NCBI GenBank assembly: GCA_032718475.1
Contig: JAUCBJ010008187.1
Location: 7,269-71,268, forward strand
Direction of reading: 5' to 3'
From: Nemertoderma westbladi
Lineage: Eukaryota > Animalia > Xenacoelomorpha
DNA: 64,000 nucleotides
Within the stretch, counting starts at the first letter, position 1; the number at the start of each line of letters is the position of its first letter. Under the pieces are notes generated by a model. That model was not told the DNA's origin. It made no database searches and saw nothing but the letters and a program-made list of their open reading frames with translations. A program made the position numbers and the translations under genes. Positions 1 through 10,549 of the stretch are shown here, in pieces.

Positions 1-183
1 TCTTGAAGTAAATTTTATCCGTTGTTGGTGTTATGGTGTTCTTGTTGTTAATTTCCAGTTGGGTTTTAGTTTTATAAAAGTTTAGTGAAAAATGTACTGT
101 TTTAGCGATTTCGCGCTTGTTTATGTGTGCTTTAATGTATACAAATGATGAACTGATGGCGGACTCCATGTAGACCCTACGGT

Positions 184-1607
184 AGGAAAACAGGAGTTCT
201 AAACAGACCATTATTGAATGTTTGCAACCGGATGTTAAAAGGGGAAAAGCCACCACCAATTTGGACTAAAGGTCAACTAAAGCCTCTCCCCAAGAAAGGA
301 GACCTCGGCATACCAACAAACTATCGTGGGATCTGTCTGCTTGTGGTAGCTGCCAAAATATACAATAAAATGATTCTATATAGGATTAGGCCTCACATAG
401 AGAAACTACTGCGTAATAGCCAAAACGGATTTCGACCAAGTAGATCAACAATAGCTCAGATACTTGCACTACGGAGACTGATTGAAGGAATTAAGTCGAA
501 GAATCTCCCCGCAGTCATGACTTTTGTGGACTTCAAGAAGGCATTCGACTCCATCCATAGAGGCAAAATGCTTGAAATCCTAAGAGCTTATGGAATACCA
601 GAAGTAATTGTTGCTGGCATTGGATTGTTATATTGTGACACAGAAGCGCAGGTACTCTCACCAGATGGTGAAACTGAGTTTTTCTCAATCCTGGCTGGTG
701 TACTGCAAGGTGATACATTAGCACCATTACTATTTGTAATTGTGCTGGATTACGCAATGAGGACAGCCACAAAGGGTGAAGACCTGGGATTCACACTTCA
801 AGAACGCAGAAGTAGTAGATATCCGGCAACTACAGTCACAGACACCGACTTTGCGGATGACATCGCCCTGCTCTCTAATACCCAAGCATATGCACAGCTT
901 TTACTAATTAAAGTGGAGAGGGCTGCTAAGGAGGTTGGATTGCATATAAATGCTACCAAGACCGAATTCATGACCTTTAATGTTGATGGAAACTTGACAA
1001 CCATTAATAGTAATCAACTAAGGAAGGTCAATGACTTCCAGTACCTTGGATCATGGATAGAGAGTAGCAAAAAGGACATAGAAGTTAGGAAAGCAAGGCT
1101 TGGGTAGCTCTATCAAAAATGGATACCATCTGGAAATCAGATCTCTCCAGACACCTGAAGACTAAGTTATTTCGAGCCACAGTGGAAAGTGTATTTTTAT
1201 ACGGGGGTGAGACCTGGACACTGACTAAATCACTTGAACAACGAATTGATGGTTGCTACACAAGACTACTAAGGGCAGCCCTAAACATCAGCTGGAGACA
1301 ACACATGACAAACGCCGAGCTTTATGGTACAATAGCACCTGTATCAACCACCCTCCGTGAACGCCGATTACGATTCAGTGGGCACTGCTGGCGAAGTAAA
1401 GACGAGGTCATACCAGATCTACTTTTCTGGCAACCAACTCATGGAAAGCGTAGTCGTGGACGACCGGCCATAACATATATAGATCAACTTGAAAGGGATA
1501 CTGAACTTGGGAGAAACGAAATTGCGACAACTATGGAGAATCGGGAAGCCTGGAAGGATCTCATTTCCACTGTCCGAGTTCGCTCGACCTAGTAGAGTAG
1601 TAGTTAG
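184..1607 (+). mobile_element. 5'-truncated RTE-clade non-LTR retrotransposon: reverse transcriptase and C-terminal region, one frameshift
   Basis: RT motifs PLPKKGDL..NYRGICLL, QNGFRPSRST, FVDFKKAFDS, GVLQGDTLAP, DFADDIALL, FQYLGS in ORF 214..1107. A 1-nt frameshift near 1095 joins it to ORF 1119..1592 (LYGGETWTL, RRLRFSGHC, RGRP). A (TAG)n-like tail follows the stop. No endonuclease region is present. Confidence 0.92.
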
Positions 1608-2602
1608 CAAAACTATAATTAATTATATTCAGAATTACAATGGAGGACCTTATTGCTCCATTGTGAACCGGGCTTATGCTATAAGTAAAAATATAGTACT
1701 TGACTTATTTTGGCAAAAGCCCTTGATATTTTTTTGACGAAACGGCGTATTTCAAATATGACGTCATTAAATGACGTCATACTCTTCTAATAAAAAAAAT
1801 TACATTTTTTACTGAAAGCCCTCATCAAAATTGTTGTTACAATGAAATATGAAGCGGTTTTATAAAGTTGATTGCAAGTTATGCATAATTAAAAAACTAA
1901 GAATTTTCAAACGCCATTTTCTCAAAATCATCAAAACATGACATACGACTGTTCGTCAAGGTGCCATCGAATTGACCTACCCCCCTAAGAGCGTCAGTTC
2001 GAAAAGGCTCCGCCAACTTCGTGGCTCGGAGGACCCTATACCCCATGCTATAAATGTATTCGTTTGATATACAATCATACATTAATCCGCTAGGTGGTGT
2101 CAAATTATTATTCAACAATTTCGTACATGTACAGTACAGCAGTACCGTACCGGTAGGCCTTATGGGGGCGTTCATAAAGTATGTCACGCAAATTTTCTGT
2201 CACAAAGTGTCACGCAAGTGTCTATTATTATAGACATTTATTCCGGAGATTAAAATTGAAGTCAACGATCCCATCAACTTCAAAAACTGCCAAAAAGAAA
2301 ACAAGACCCAAAATTACACTAAAATATAATAAAGAATCATTAATGAACTGGTATCGGTACAGGTGTTAGGTACCCCCCACTAACAGTAATATTAATCTAA
2401 TTTTCAAACATCGTAAACATTATTCTTGATTGACCCAATTTATCCTTATGGGTGGCGAGGGTTGGGACGTCGTATAGTATGTATACACGTATGGTTTGTA
2501 GGTACCCTATGTTATTCTCAAGGTGTACTAAATAACAGATCATGCAGCGAGCGGATTCCTGAAATTAGCGGAGGCCGATCTTTTCCCTATTTATGGCACT
2601 TT

Positions 2603-3494
2603 TTTTCATAATATTTCCTTAGAAACTTCTTATAAGCTACTTTGGTTAGGTGGATATGATGACTAGGGTTCATAGAAATGTAATAAAATATGTTTCTGGA
2701 ATTTTTATATTGTTGTTGTCAAGGTAACCGGGTACAAAGTTAAAACTTTGCGCGCCTGTAATTCAATTCGACTAGGGATTATGTTCTTGAGATTTGGTAT
2801 AAGAGTAAAGGGAATAAAAGTCTATCAAAATATTTTACATTTATTTTTTCAATCCCGTTTCCATAGTGACGGGAATTACGATAATTTCCCATTATGACCG
2901 CCAGATAGAAATTGGGCTACTATTTACAACTTATATAATTTTCAACAAACATGCCTGTTGGCTGTCCTTTATGTCAAATAATTTCTAACCGAAATTTAAT
3001 ATTCTGGAATGTCAAAGTCATGCTATCACAGGTCTTGCTCTCTGATTGGACAGTTTAGTTTATTGGCAAATATTGACTTTTAGAAATATGATTCACAATT
3101 GACGAATTATAAAATAAAATGATGGCAATTTTAACTTATTATTTAGACTGACAAGCCGAATAAAAATGGTGTTTTATAGAATTGGTAGACAATTTTTCAA
3201 ATTTTTCATTATACTTATTTCCATAGCAACGCCGGGAATGTAAACAAATTCAAATGTAAAATATTTTGATAGTCTTTTATTTCCTTTAATCACCTACCAC
3301 ATCTCAAGGAAAGAATCCATTGTCGTCTTGAAATACAGGCGCGCAAAATTTGAAATTTGCACCCGATTACCTTAGCAACTATAAGATAAAAATTCCAGAA
3401 AGACATTTTATTATACATTTCTATGAACCCTAGTCATCATATCCACCTAACCATAAGTAGCATAAAAGAAGTTCCTAAGGAAATATTATGAAAA
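2603..3494. mobile_element. Non-autonomous foldback/MITE-like element with long imperfect inverted arms
   Basis: ttttcataatatttccttagaaacttc...ggttaggtggatatgatgactagggttcatagaaatg (from 2603) is the reverse complement of catttctatgaaccctagtcatcatatccacctaacc...ctaaggaaatattatgaaaa (to 3494). The arms are at least ~200 bp. No ORF. Confidence 0.8.
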
Positions 3495-3937
3495 CTAGAC
3501 TTCTAGAACATAGTAATTATTTTATGTTCGAGATACTGTGAATACGAATAAATGAGGGTATTACGTAATTATAGTTAACAACTACATGGGACAATAAATA
3601 CTGTTCCGTGAAAAATTTATAATTGCCCTCCCAATCTCCCCCACCCAACATCTCTTTGTACGTATTACATCATTAAAGCGTCAGAAATTAATACTTAGAA
3701 CGTTCACTATTCCGAAATTTTGTAATAAATAAACCTTGATGAAAAGTGTTTACATATAAATATAACATACAAGCAATCCCACTTTAATTATTTTTATAAA
3801 ATCCTCTCTAATATATAGTAAAAGGCAAAAATTGTACGCCCGCCTTTAATGCTAAGTCGTCAGACGAACTTTGTACAGAATTTGAATGATCGTGGGAACC
3901 TATAATCGTTCTGGAAAACTGAACTCATATCGCGCCC

Positions 3938-6900
3938 TCATATCGCACCTATTGCGCCTATTGCGCCATAAAGCGTCGCATTTTGTTCTTTAGCTGCTAT
4001 ATCGTTGTTTTCATTAGGTCTATCATTGATTTCAATAATTGACTTATCTTTGTAATTAGCTCTAACTTTGGGCTTTATCACTGCATCTTTCACCTCAAAA
4101 TCAGATTCAGGGGTGTCTTTCTCATCAGATTCCCATGTTTCTAGTGGTTTATTTTCTGTATCATATGGAATTTGATATTGTGTGTATAAATCCTTGCCTA
4201 AGGTATTCGGAGTGACCATTTGTGATGGTTGATTCTCGTGTTGTCCCTGCCATGGTGCTGCCTCTTCGCTGGCTTCCTTATTCTCGTGCTGTCCCTGCCA
4301 TGGTGCCGCCTCTTCGCTGGCTTCATTATTATCGTGTTGGCTCTGCCATGGTGCCGCCTCTTCGCTGGCTTCCTTATTCTCGTGCTGTCCCTGCCATGAT
4401 GCCGCCTCTTCGCTGGCTTCCTTATTCTCGTGTTGTCCCTGCCATGGTGCTGCCTCTTCGCTGGCTTCCTTATTCTCGTGCTGTCCCTGCCATGGTGCTG
4501 CCTCTTCGATGGCTTCCTTATTCTCGTGTTGTCCCTGCCATGATGCCGCCACTTCTCTGGCTTCCTTATTCTCGTGCTGTCCCTGCCATGGTGCTGCCTC
4601 TTCGATGGCTTCCTTATTCTCGAGTTGTCCCTGCCATGGTGCTGCCTCTTCGCTGGCTTCCTTATTCTCGTGCTGTCCCTGCCATGGTGCTGCCTCTTCG
4701 ATGGCTTCCTTATTCTCGTGTTGTCCCTGCCATGATGCCGCCACTTCTCTGGCTTCCTTATTCTCGTGCTGTCCCTGCCATGGTGCCGACTCTTCGCTGG
4801 CTTCCTTATTCTCGTGTTGTCCCTGCCATGGTGCTGCCTCTTCGCTGGCTTCCTTATTCTCGTGTTGTCCCTGCCATGGTGCCGCCACTTCTCTGGCTTC
4901 CTTATTCTCGTGCTGTCCCTGCCATGGTGCTGCCTCTTCGCTGGCTTCCTTATTCTCGTGCTGTCCCTGCCATGGTGCTGCCTCTTCGCTGGCTTCCTTA
5001 TTCTCGTGTTGTCCCTGCCATGGTGCTGCCTCTTCGCTGGCTTCCTTATTCTCGTGCTGTCCCTGCCATGGTGCTGCCTCTTCGCTGGCTTCCTTATTCT
5101 CGTGTTGTCCCTGCCATGGTGCTGCCTCTTCGCTGGCTTCCTTATTCTCGTGTTGTCCCTGCCATGGTGCCGCCACTTCTCTGGCTTCCTTATTCTCGTG
5201 CTGTCCCTGCCATGGTGCTGCCTCTTCGCTGGCTTCCTTATTCTCGTGCTGTCCCTGCCATGGTGCTGCCTCTTCGCTGGCTTCCTTATTCTCGTGTTGT
5301 CCCTGCCATGGTGCTGCCTCTTCGATGGCTTCCTTATTCTCGTGTTGTCCCTGCCATGATGCCGCCACTTCTCTGGCTTCCTTATTCTCGTGTTGTCCCT
5401 GCCATGGTGCTGCCTCTTCGATGGCTTCCTTATTCTCGTGTTGTCCCTGCCATGATGCCGCCACTTCTCTGGCTTCCTTATTCTCGTGTTGTCCCTGCCA
5501 TGGTGCTGCCTCTTCGCTGGCTTCCTTATTCTCGTGCTGTCCCTGCCATGGTGCTGCCTCTTCGCTGGCTTCCTTATTCTCGTGTTGTCCCTGCCATGGT
5601 GCTGCCTCTTCGCTGGCTTCCTTATTCTCGTGCTGTCCCTGCCATGGTGCCGCCTCTTCGCTGGCTTCCTTATTCTCGTGTTGTCCCTGCCATGGTGCTG
5701 CCTCTTCGCTGGCTTCCTTATTCTCGTGTTGTCCCTGCCATGGTGCTGCCTCTTCGCTGGCTTCATTATTATCGTGTTGGCTCTGCCATGGTGCCGCCTC
5801 TTCGCTGGCTTCCTTATTCTCGTGTTGTCCCTGCCATGGTGCTGCCTCTTCGCTGGCTTCCTTATTCTCGTGTTGTCCCTGCCATGGTGCTGCCTCTTCG
5901 CTGGCTTCCTTATTCTCGTGCTGTCCCTGCCATGGTGCTGCCTCTTCGCTGGCTTCATTATTATCGTGTTGGCTCTGCCATGGTGCCGCCTCTTCGCTGG
6001 CTTCCTTATTCTCGTGTTGTCCCTGCCATGGTGCCGCCTCTTCGCTGGCTTCTTTAACTACCGAATCAGTAAGTGAAGGATTGTCTTCATTACCGAGATC
6101 CAAGATGCGGAGATCTGTTGGTATACGTTCTGCCTCCATTGTATTTTCATCATGTTCAGTAAATGATTCTGACCAACCACCTGATTGAACTGAGGCTGGC
6201 CGACCAGCTGATTGAACCGAGTCTGGTCGACCACCTGATTGAACCAAGGTTGGTCGACCACCTGAGTGTACCGAGGCTGGTTGACCAGCTGATTGAACCG
6301 AGGCTGGGCGACCAGCTGATTGAACCGAGGCTGGTCGACCACCTGATTGAACTGAGGCTGGTCGACCACCTGAGTGAACCGAGGCCGGTTGACCAGCTGA
6401 TTGAACCGAAGCTGGGCGACCAGCTGATTGAACTGATTTTGGTCGACCACCTGATTGAACCGAGGCTGGTCGACCACCTGAGTGAACCGAGGCTGGTTGA
6501 CCAGCTGATTGAACCGAGGCTGGGCGACCAGCTGATTGAACTGATGCTGGTCGACCACCTGATTGAACCGAGGCTGGTCGACCACCTGAGTGAACCGAGG
6601 CTGGTTGACCAGCTGATTGAACCGAGGTTGGGCGACCAGCTGATTGAACTGATGCTGGTCGATCACCTGATTGAACTGATGCTGGTCGAACATCTGATTG
6701 AACCGAGGCTGGTCGAGCACCTGATTGAGATGATGGGGGTCGGTCACCTGTTTGAAAATATATTCGGCCACTTGATGATTGTACTGATGCAGTAGAGTTG
6801 CTGGCAAGTAGTTCAGTTGTATTATCAGTGGCCTCTCTGTTCATGCAAATATTGTGAATGTCAACACCATCATTATCTCCTTCATTTGTTTCGGTATTCA

Positions 6901-9900
6901 ATAGTTCAGGTGTCATTGAGTCATTGATGTCAAGTGTTCGTTGCATAAGGTCATCTATGATTTCATCTGTAGTAATTTCATTGCCTATTGCCTGTACTTG
7001 TGATATTGCTTCTTGGCTCTGTATCGGTTTAAACAATTCTTCACTTTCTGTTCCAGGAATAGGGTAGCCTTTTTCTGTATTTATCCTTCTGTACATGGGT
7101 TCTTCTAATATCTCTCTAGCCTTCAAGGTTTTATTATGGTCCTTGCCAAACTTGTTAATAGCGATCATATATCCTTCGCGAAAATAATCAAAGGCCTTAT
7201 TGTAATTTCCCGATTCTTCATATGCAATACCAGTATTCTGTGTAATTCGTGTCATTAGTATGCTATTGCGACCATAAACCTGTTCACAAGTTACCTCAGC
7301 CTGTTTATATTCTTCAATTTGACGTTTGTTATCATTTGTTATCAATATTGCTTTCGTCATGATGGCTTCTGCGAGTTCACCTGAACTGTTTAGTTCTCTA
7401 AATATCGCTACTGCTTCATCAACAGTTATGGTGGCCTTATCCACAGCATCTGCAGCTGGCAGTTCAATATTTCCTCCAATCACATTCCATCCAGACAAAT
7501 GAAAACCATATGTCACTAACAACCACCCTAGTTTTTGTTTTGATTCTTCGCCATCAATGCACCTTCTTTGTTTTATAGCTGCTTCTAGGTATTGAAATAA
7601 TATTTTGTAACTTGGAATACTACTTCTGTAATAAAATTGAGCCATTTTTATTTTGCTGTCCCATGCTGTAATTAATGCTTCATTAATTTGCAAACTAAAT
7701 CTATCTTTTATTCTACATTCATTATTATCTTCAATTTTAAGAGCATTTTCAAGCACCCTGATGGCATCATCATACATTCCAGCTTGGCTTAGTAGACTAC
7801 CCACATATAAGTGTCTGATGAATAGTTCCGCAATGGTAGTATTGGTATTGTTGATTGAATATTCAAGTTTATCTTTGTATTTGTCGCCTACTTCTTCCAT
7901 TGTGCATATCTTTTGCCAATACCAAAATAACTCACTGCTAAATGGGAATTTATACAACTCTTCAACTACCACCCAATCAGTCAGAAATTCAATAAGATCG
8001 TTTGTTCGCCCAACTTGTACCAGGTGGAAGGGAAATTCCTCGCATTTCCGCCTCAAATTGCCTTCATTCATAAAAAAGTCAGCCAACTTATTGTGCCAAA
8101 ACCAATACACCTGGTTTAGTTTCTCGGCATTTTTAGCTGAAGAGGCTAATGATACTTCAATTTCAAAGTACTTCATAGTAACAGCTTTATAAATTGATTG
8201 GTGGTAAAAATCCAGTCGTCCTTCTCCACTATTTCCAAAGGGTCTAATAAATGATTTTAGAGCTCGAAATACAACAGCCCACTTTGCAGCAGGAATGTTC
8301 TCATATTCCTCATTCTTATTTACTTTGTCACCTGCTTCAAAGTCTTGTTTTTCAATTATTTCCTGTGGAACTACTAAATCATTTTCATTACCTAACAATC
8401 GTAGCAATTCTGTTTCTAACAGACCCATTCTTGAAGCTTTTAAAAGACACAGTGTTGCCACAACCAATTCTCCCCCATATTCTTCTTCAAAGCGATCTAA
8501 TACCTGGATTATGAGATTTTCTAAGCCATCTGACATCTCATCAATCTTTTTTGTAACTTGGGTGAATTCACCAAACACTCTTAGTTCTTCACAAGCCATG
8601 CTCAACCACAGTGGATTTATTGATGCAGTCTTGTCCAATAATTTATCCATTTGCACATCCGTCAATAATTTATTGTATTGGCCCAGATTGTTTGACACCA
8701 TGGTTTTCCGGCTCTCTCTGGATAATGAACTGATAGTTAATTCCACTGGGGAAGGAATACGTTTTTGTAAAGTTTTGTGTAGAGAAATATCGTTAATTAA
8801 TGAAACAATCACTCTTACATTACTCGAAAGCTCTAGAGGTAGCCACGTAAATTGTTCTTCTGAAGATTGTTCTGAAGAAAACTGATTTACTGCATCAATA
8901 ATTACTATAACTTCATTTTCAATCGTTTTAGATGAGAGCAGAGCACATGCCATTTGATACGTCTTCTCTTTATCTTGTGGCATTGCATTTGCAGATACGA
9001 ATCCGGATTCTCTAAGAAATCTCTTCAACATTTCATCAATGTTTGATGCCCCTGGTGAAGCCCCTAAAAAGTGAAAAAATACTGTATTCTCATTGGCTTT
9101 TCCAGGTGGTTTATATCGTTTTATAACTTCATCTGTTATTTTGGCCATTATTGATGTTTTTCCTGAGCCTGGTGGTCCAACTACCAACAGGGGAACATGA
9201 GTTTGATCAGAGTCAATATAAGCCAATACTTCATCTACTGTGGCTTCCCTCCCTATTACGTTGTGACTTCGAATGCTCAAGAAATTAACATGGTCTTGTT
9301 TTTGTTGTTCATATGGATCTTGTGGTTTAGTATCAACAGGATATTGAGTCGCAATACGTTGTTTGAAAAATTCTAAAACGACTGAGGCGAAATCATCAAG
9401 CCCTTTTAAAGCGACTCTCTCCCTTTTGGAGTCGTAGGAGTCATATTGGCAGGTGTACATGTTCACTTGATCCTTTGGGAATCTACGGCGTAACATTTTT
9501 TTTAGTTTGTCTGTTTTCATCCTAACAAGAGACTCACTATCGATGAATTCTAGCTTAAATTCCAGTGGTATAGTTTTAGCAAAGGCTCTATCTCTTATCA
9601 TGAACAGTGAGTTTGGGTTGTCAATGCGGTAAGAAGCATGCATTATTTCCATCTCAGTGACAGACAATCCATTAACCCATTCGTATTTCGATGCGATAAT
9701 ACCTGGAACCTCATCAGCATTAGGCACCCATCCTGATCTCTCACTCGTCATGTTTAGGAAGTACGGATACACATTGTCTGTGTAGCAACGATCGATTTCA
9801 CCCATACATGTTTGCAATTTACTTTCATTATTTGCTCCTTCAGGAACACCCCATCGAAGGTCGCACTCTACCAGATGGATCAACCTTTCCTCACACCAGA

Positions 9901-10207
9901 TTCTCAGCTCTGGCAGTGTTTGTTTAATCAAAATTTCGCGTTCAGCATGGAAATCCTTGAAGGTGGACGATACAAATAATCGAACAGTCTTCCAGTTCGA
10001 GTGAGGTTCTTGAAATCTCCTTCCTTTTGTGTTCTTCCAGATTTTAATACTCGATTCTGCTTGATCCCAACATAATTCAACAGATTGGAATGCAGATGAT
10101 GCGACTGATAACTTTCTACTATCAACTTTTGTTACCGTCTTGCCATCAGGGTCCTCATTGACCAGCGGTTTGTATGGAGCTGTTTTGATAGAAGAGCCAC
10201 ATCCCAT
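3938..10207 (-). CDS. DUF4062-NACHT(STAND)-TPR protein, paralogue A (NPHP3/TEP1/NWD-like module), 2089 aa, intronless, with long tandem-repeat C-terminal tail
   Basis: First true ATG is at 10207 (MGCGSS). DUF4062 signature VRLFVSSTFKDFHAERE...DLRWGV...LSVTEMEI; Walker A GPPGSGKTS; Walker B VIVIIDAVNQ; NPLWLSMACEELR; TPR-like helices (NTGIAYEESGNYNKAFDYFREG). Uninterrupted 6.27-kb ORF. Confidence 0.9.
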   Translation of the reverse strand: MGCGSSIKTAPYKPLVNEDPDGKTVTKVDSRKLSVASSAFQSVELCWDQAESSIKIWKNTKGRRFQEPHSNWKTVRLFVSSTFKDFHAEREILIKQTLPELRIWCEERLIHLVECDLRWGVPEGANNESKLQTCMGEIDRCYTDNVYPYFLNMTSERSGWVPNADEVPGIIASKYEWVNGLSVTEMEIMHASYRIDNPNSLFMIRDRAFAKTIPLEFKLEFIDSESLVRMKTDKLKKMLRRRFPKDQVNMYTCQYDSYDSKRERVALKGLDDFASVVLEFFKQRIATQYPVDTKPQDPYEQQKQDHVNFLSIRSHNVIGREATVDEVLAYIDSDQTHVPLLVVGPPGSGKTSIMAKITDEVIKRYKPPGKANENTVFFHFLGASPGASNIDEMLKRFLRESGFVSANAMPQDKEKTYQMACALLSSKTIENEVIVIIDAVNQFSSEQSSEEQFTWLPLELSSNVRVIVSLINDISLHKTLQKRIPSPVELTISSLSRESRKTMVSNNLGQYNKLLTDVQMDKLLDKTASINPLWLSMACEELRVFGEFTQVTKKIDEMSDGLENLIIQVLDRFEEEYGGELVVATLCLLKASRMGLLETELLRLLGNENDLVVPQEIIEKQDFEAGDKVNKNEEYENIPAAKWAVVFRALKSFIRPFGNSGEGRLDFYHQSIYKAVTMKYFEIEVSLASSAKNAEKLNQVYWFWHNKLADFFMNEGNLRRKCEEFPFHLVQVGRTNDLIEFLTDWVVVEELYKFPFSSELFWYWQKICTMEEVGDKYKDKLEYSINNTNTTIAELFIRHLYVGSLLSQAGMYDDAIRVLENALKIEDNNECRIKDRFSLQINEALITAWDSKIKMAQFYYRSSIPSYKILFQYLEAAIKQRRCIDGEESKQKLGWLLVTYGFHLSGWNVIGGNIELPAADAVDKATITVDEAVAIFRELNSSGELAEAIMTKAILITNDNKRQIEEYKQAEVTCEQVYGRNSILMTRITQNTGIAYEESGNYNKAFDYFREGYMIAINKFGKDHNKTLKAREILEEPMYRRINTEKGYPIPGTESEELFKPIQSQEAISQVQAIGNEITTDEIIDDLMQRTLDINDSMTPELLNTETNEGDNDGVDIHNICMNREATDNTTELLASNSTASVQSSSGRIYFQTGDRPPSSQSGARPASVQSDVRPASVQSGDRPASVQSAGRPTSVQSAGQPASVHSGGRPASVQSGGRPASVQSAGRPASVQSAGQPASVHSGGRPASVQSGGRPKSVQSAGRPASVQSAGQPASVHSGGRPASVQSGGRPASVQSAGRPASVQSAGQPASVHSGGRPTLVQSGGRPDSVQSAGRPASVQSGGWSESFTEHDENTMEAERIPTDLRILDLGNEDNPSLTDSVVKEASEEAAPWQGQHENKEASEEAAPWQSQHDNNEASEEAAPWQGQHENKEASEEAAPWQGQHENKEASEEAAPWQGQHENKEASEEAAPWQSQHDNNEASEEAAPWQGQHENKEASEEAAPWQGQHENKEASEEAAPWQGQHENKEASEEAAPWQGQHENKEASEEAAPWQGQHENKEASEEAAPWQGQHENKEAREVAASWQGQHENKEAIEEAAPWQGQHENKEAREVAASWQGQHENKEAIEEAAPWQGQHENKEASEEAAPWQGQHENKEASEEAAPWQGQHENKEAREVAAPWQGQHENKEASEEAAPWQGQHENKEASEEAAPWQGQHENKEASEEAAPWQGQHENKEASEEAAPWQGQHENKEASEEAAPWQGQHENKEAREVAAPWQGQHENKEASEEAAPWQGQHENKEASEESAPWQGQHENKEAREVAASWQGQHENKEAIEEAAPWQGQHENKEASEEAAPWQGQLENKEAIEEAAPWQGQHENKEAREVAASWQGQHENKEAIEEAAPWQGQHENKEASEEAAPWQGQHENKEASEEAASWQGQHENKEASEEAAPWQSQHDNNEASEEAAPWQGQHENKEASEEAAPWQGQHENQPSQMVTPNTLGKDLYTQYQIPYDTENKPLETWESDEKDTPESDFEVKDAVIKPKVRANYKDKSIIEINDRPNENNDIAAKEQNATLYGAIGAIGAI
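4215..6055 (-). repeat. Coding minisatellite, 48-bp unit (KEASEEAAPWQGQHEN), about 38 copies
   Basis: Unit gccatggtgctgcctcttcgctggcttccttattctcgtgctgtccct repeated in frame inside paralogue A. Confidence 0.97.
6175..6750 (-). repeat. Coding minisatellite, 27-bp unit (QSGGRPASV), about 21 copies
   Basis: Unit gattgaaccgaggctggtcgaccacct and variants, in frame in paralogue A. Confidence 0.95.
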
Positions 10208-10219
10208 CTTTTGCAAGTA

Positions 10220-10356
10220 GGTTTATCTTTATCAGTGACTCACATTGGCTGCGGGTTTATCTTTATCAGTGACTCACATTGGCTGCGGGTTTATCTTTAT
10301 CAGTGACTCACATTGGCTGCGGGTTTATCTTTATCAGTAACTCACATTGGCTGCGG
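10220..10356 (-). promoter_or_regulatory. 34-bp tandem repeat (4 copies) just upstream of the paralogue A start codon; unit carries CCAAT, AP-1 and two GATA motifs
   Basis: Gene-sense unit gcagCCAATgTGAGTCAcTGATAAAGATAAaccc, ending 12 bp before the ATG. The repeat is certain; the regulatory role is inferred. Confidence 0.6.
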
Positions 10357-10549
10357 AATTACATTTGGCATCTACTAATGCCACATTTCAACAAATAGGT
10401 ACCAAACTACTAAGGTTGTAGCAAAGCAGATTAACGTTATTTTTAAGAAATGATTGGACCACATCCCATTGGTATATAATAACTATTTAAGTGGTGGTAA
10501 AAAAAGTAAACTTTTTTGTCGAGCGATATTTGGCGAGCATAGCGGGACA

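Noticed and set aside
1758-1779. Two perfect CRE palindromes TGACGTCA
   Set aside because: No adjacent gene start, and they lie in what looks like repeat-derived DNA; function is unsupported.
4198-6807. Long alternative-frame and antisense ORFs (586, 611, 559, 249, 210 aa)
   Set aside because: By-products of stop-free 48-bp and 27-bp units inside paralogue A; they end where the arrays end.
7653-8885. Plus-strand ORFs conserved in both paralogues (7653-8192, 8295-8885, 22226-23266)
   Set aside because: Antisense shadows of the real CDS; their conservation follows from the duplication.
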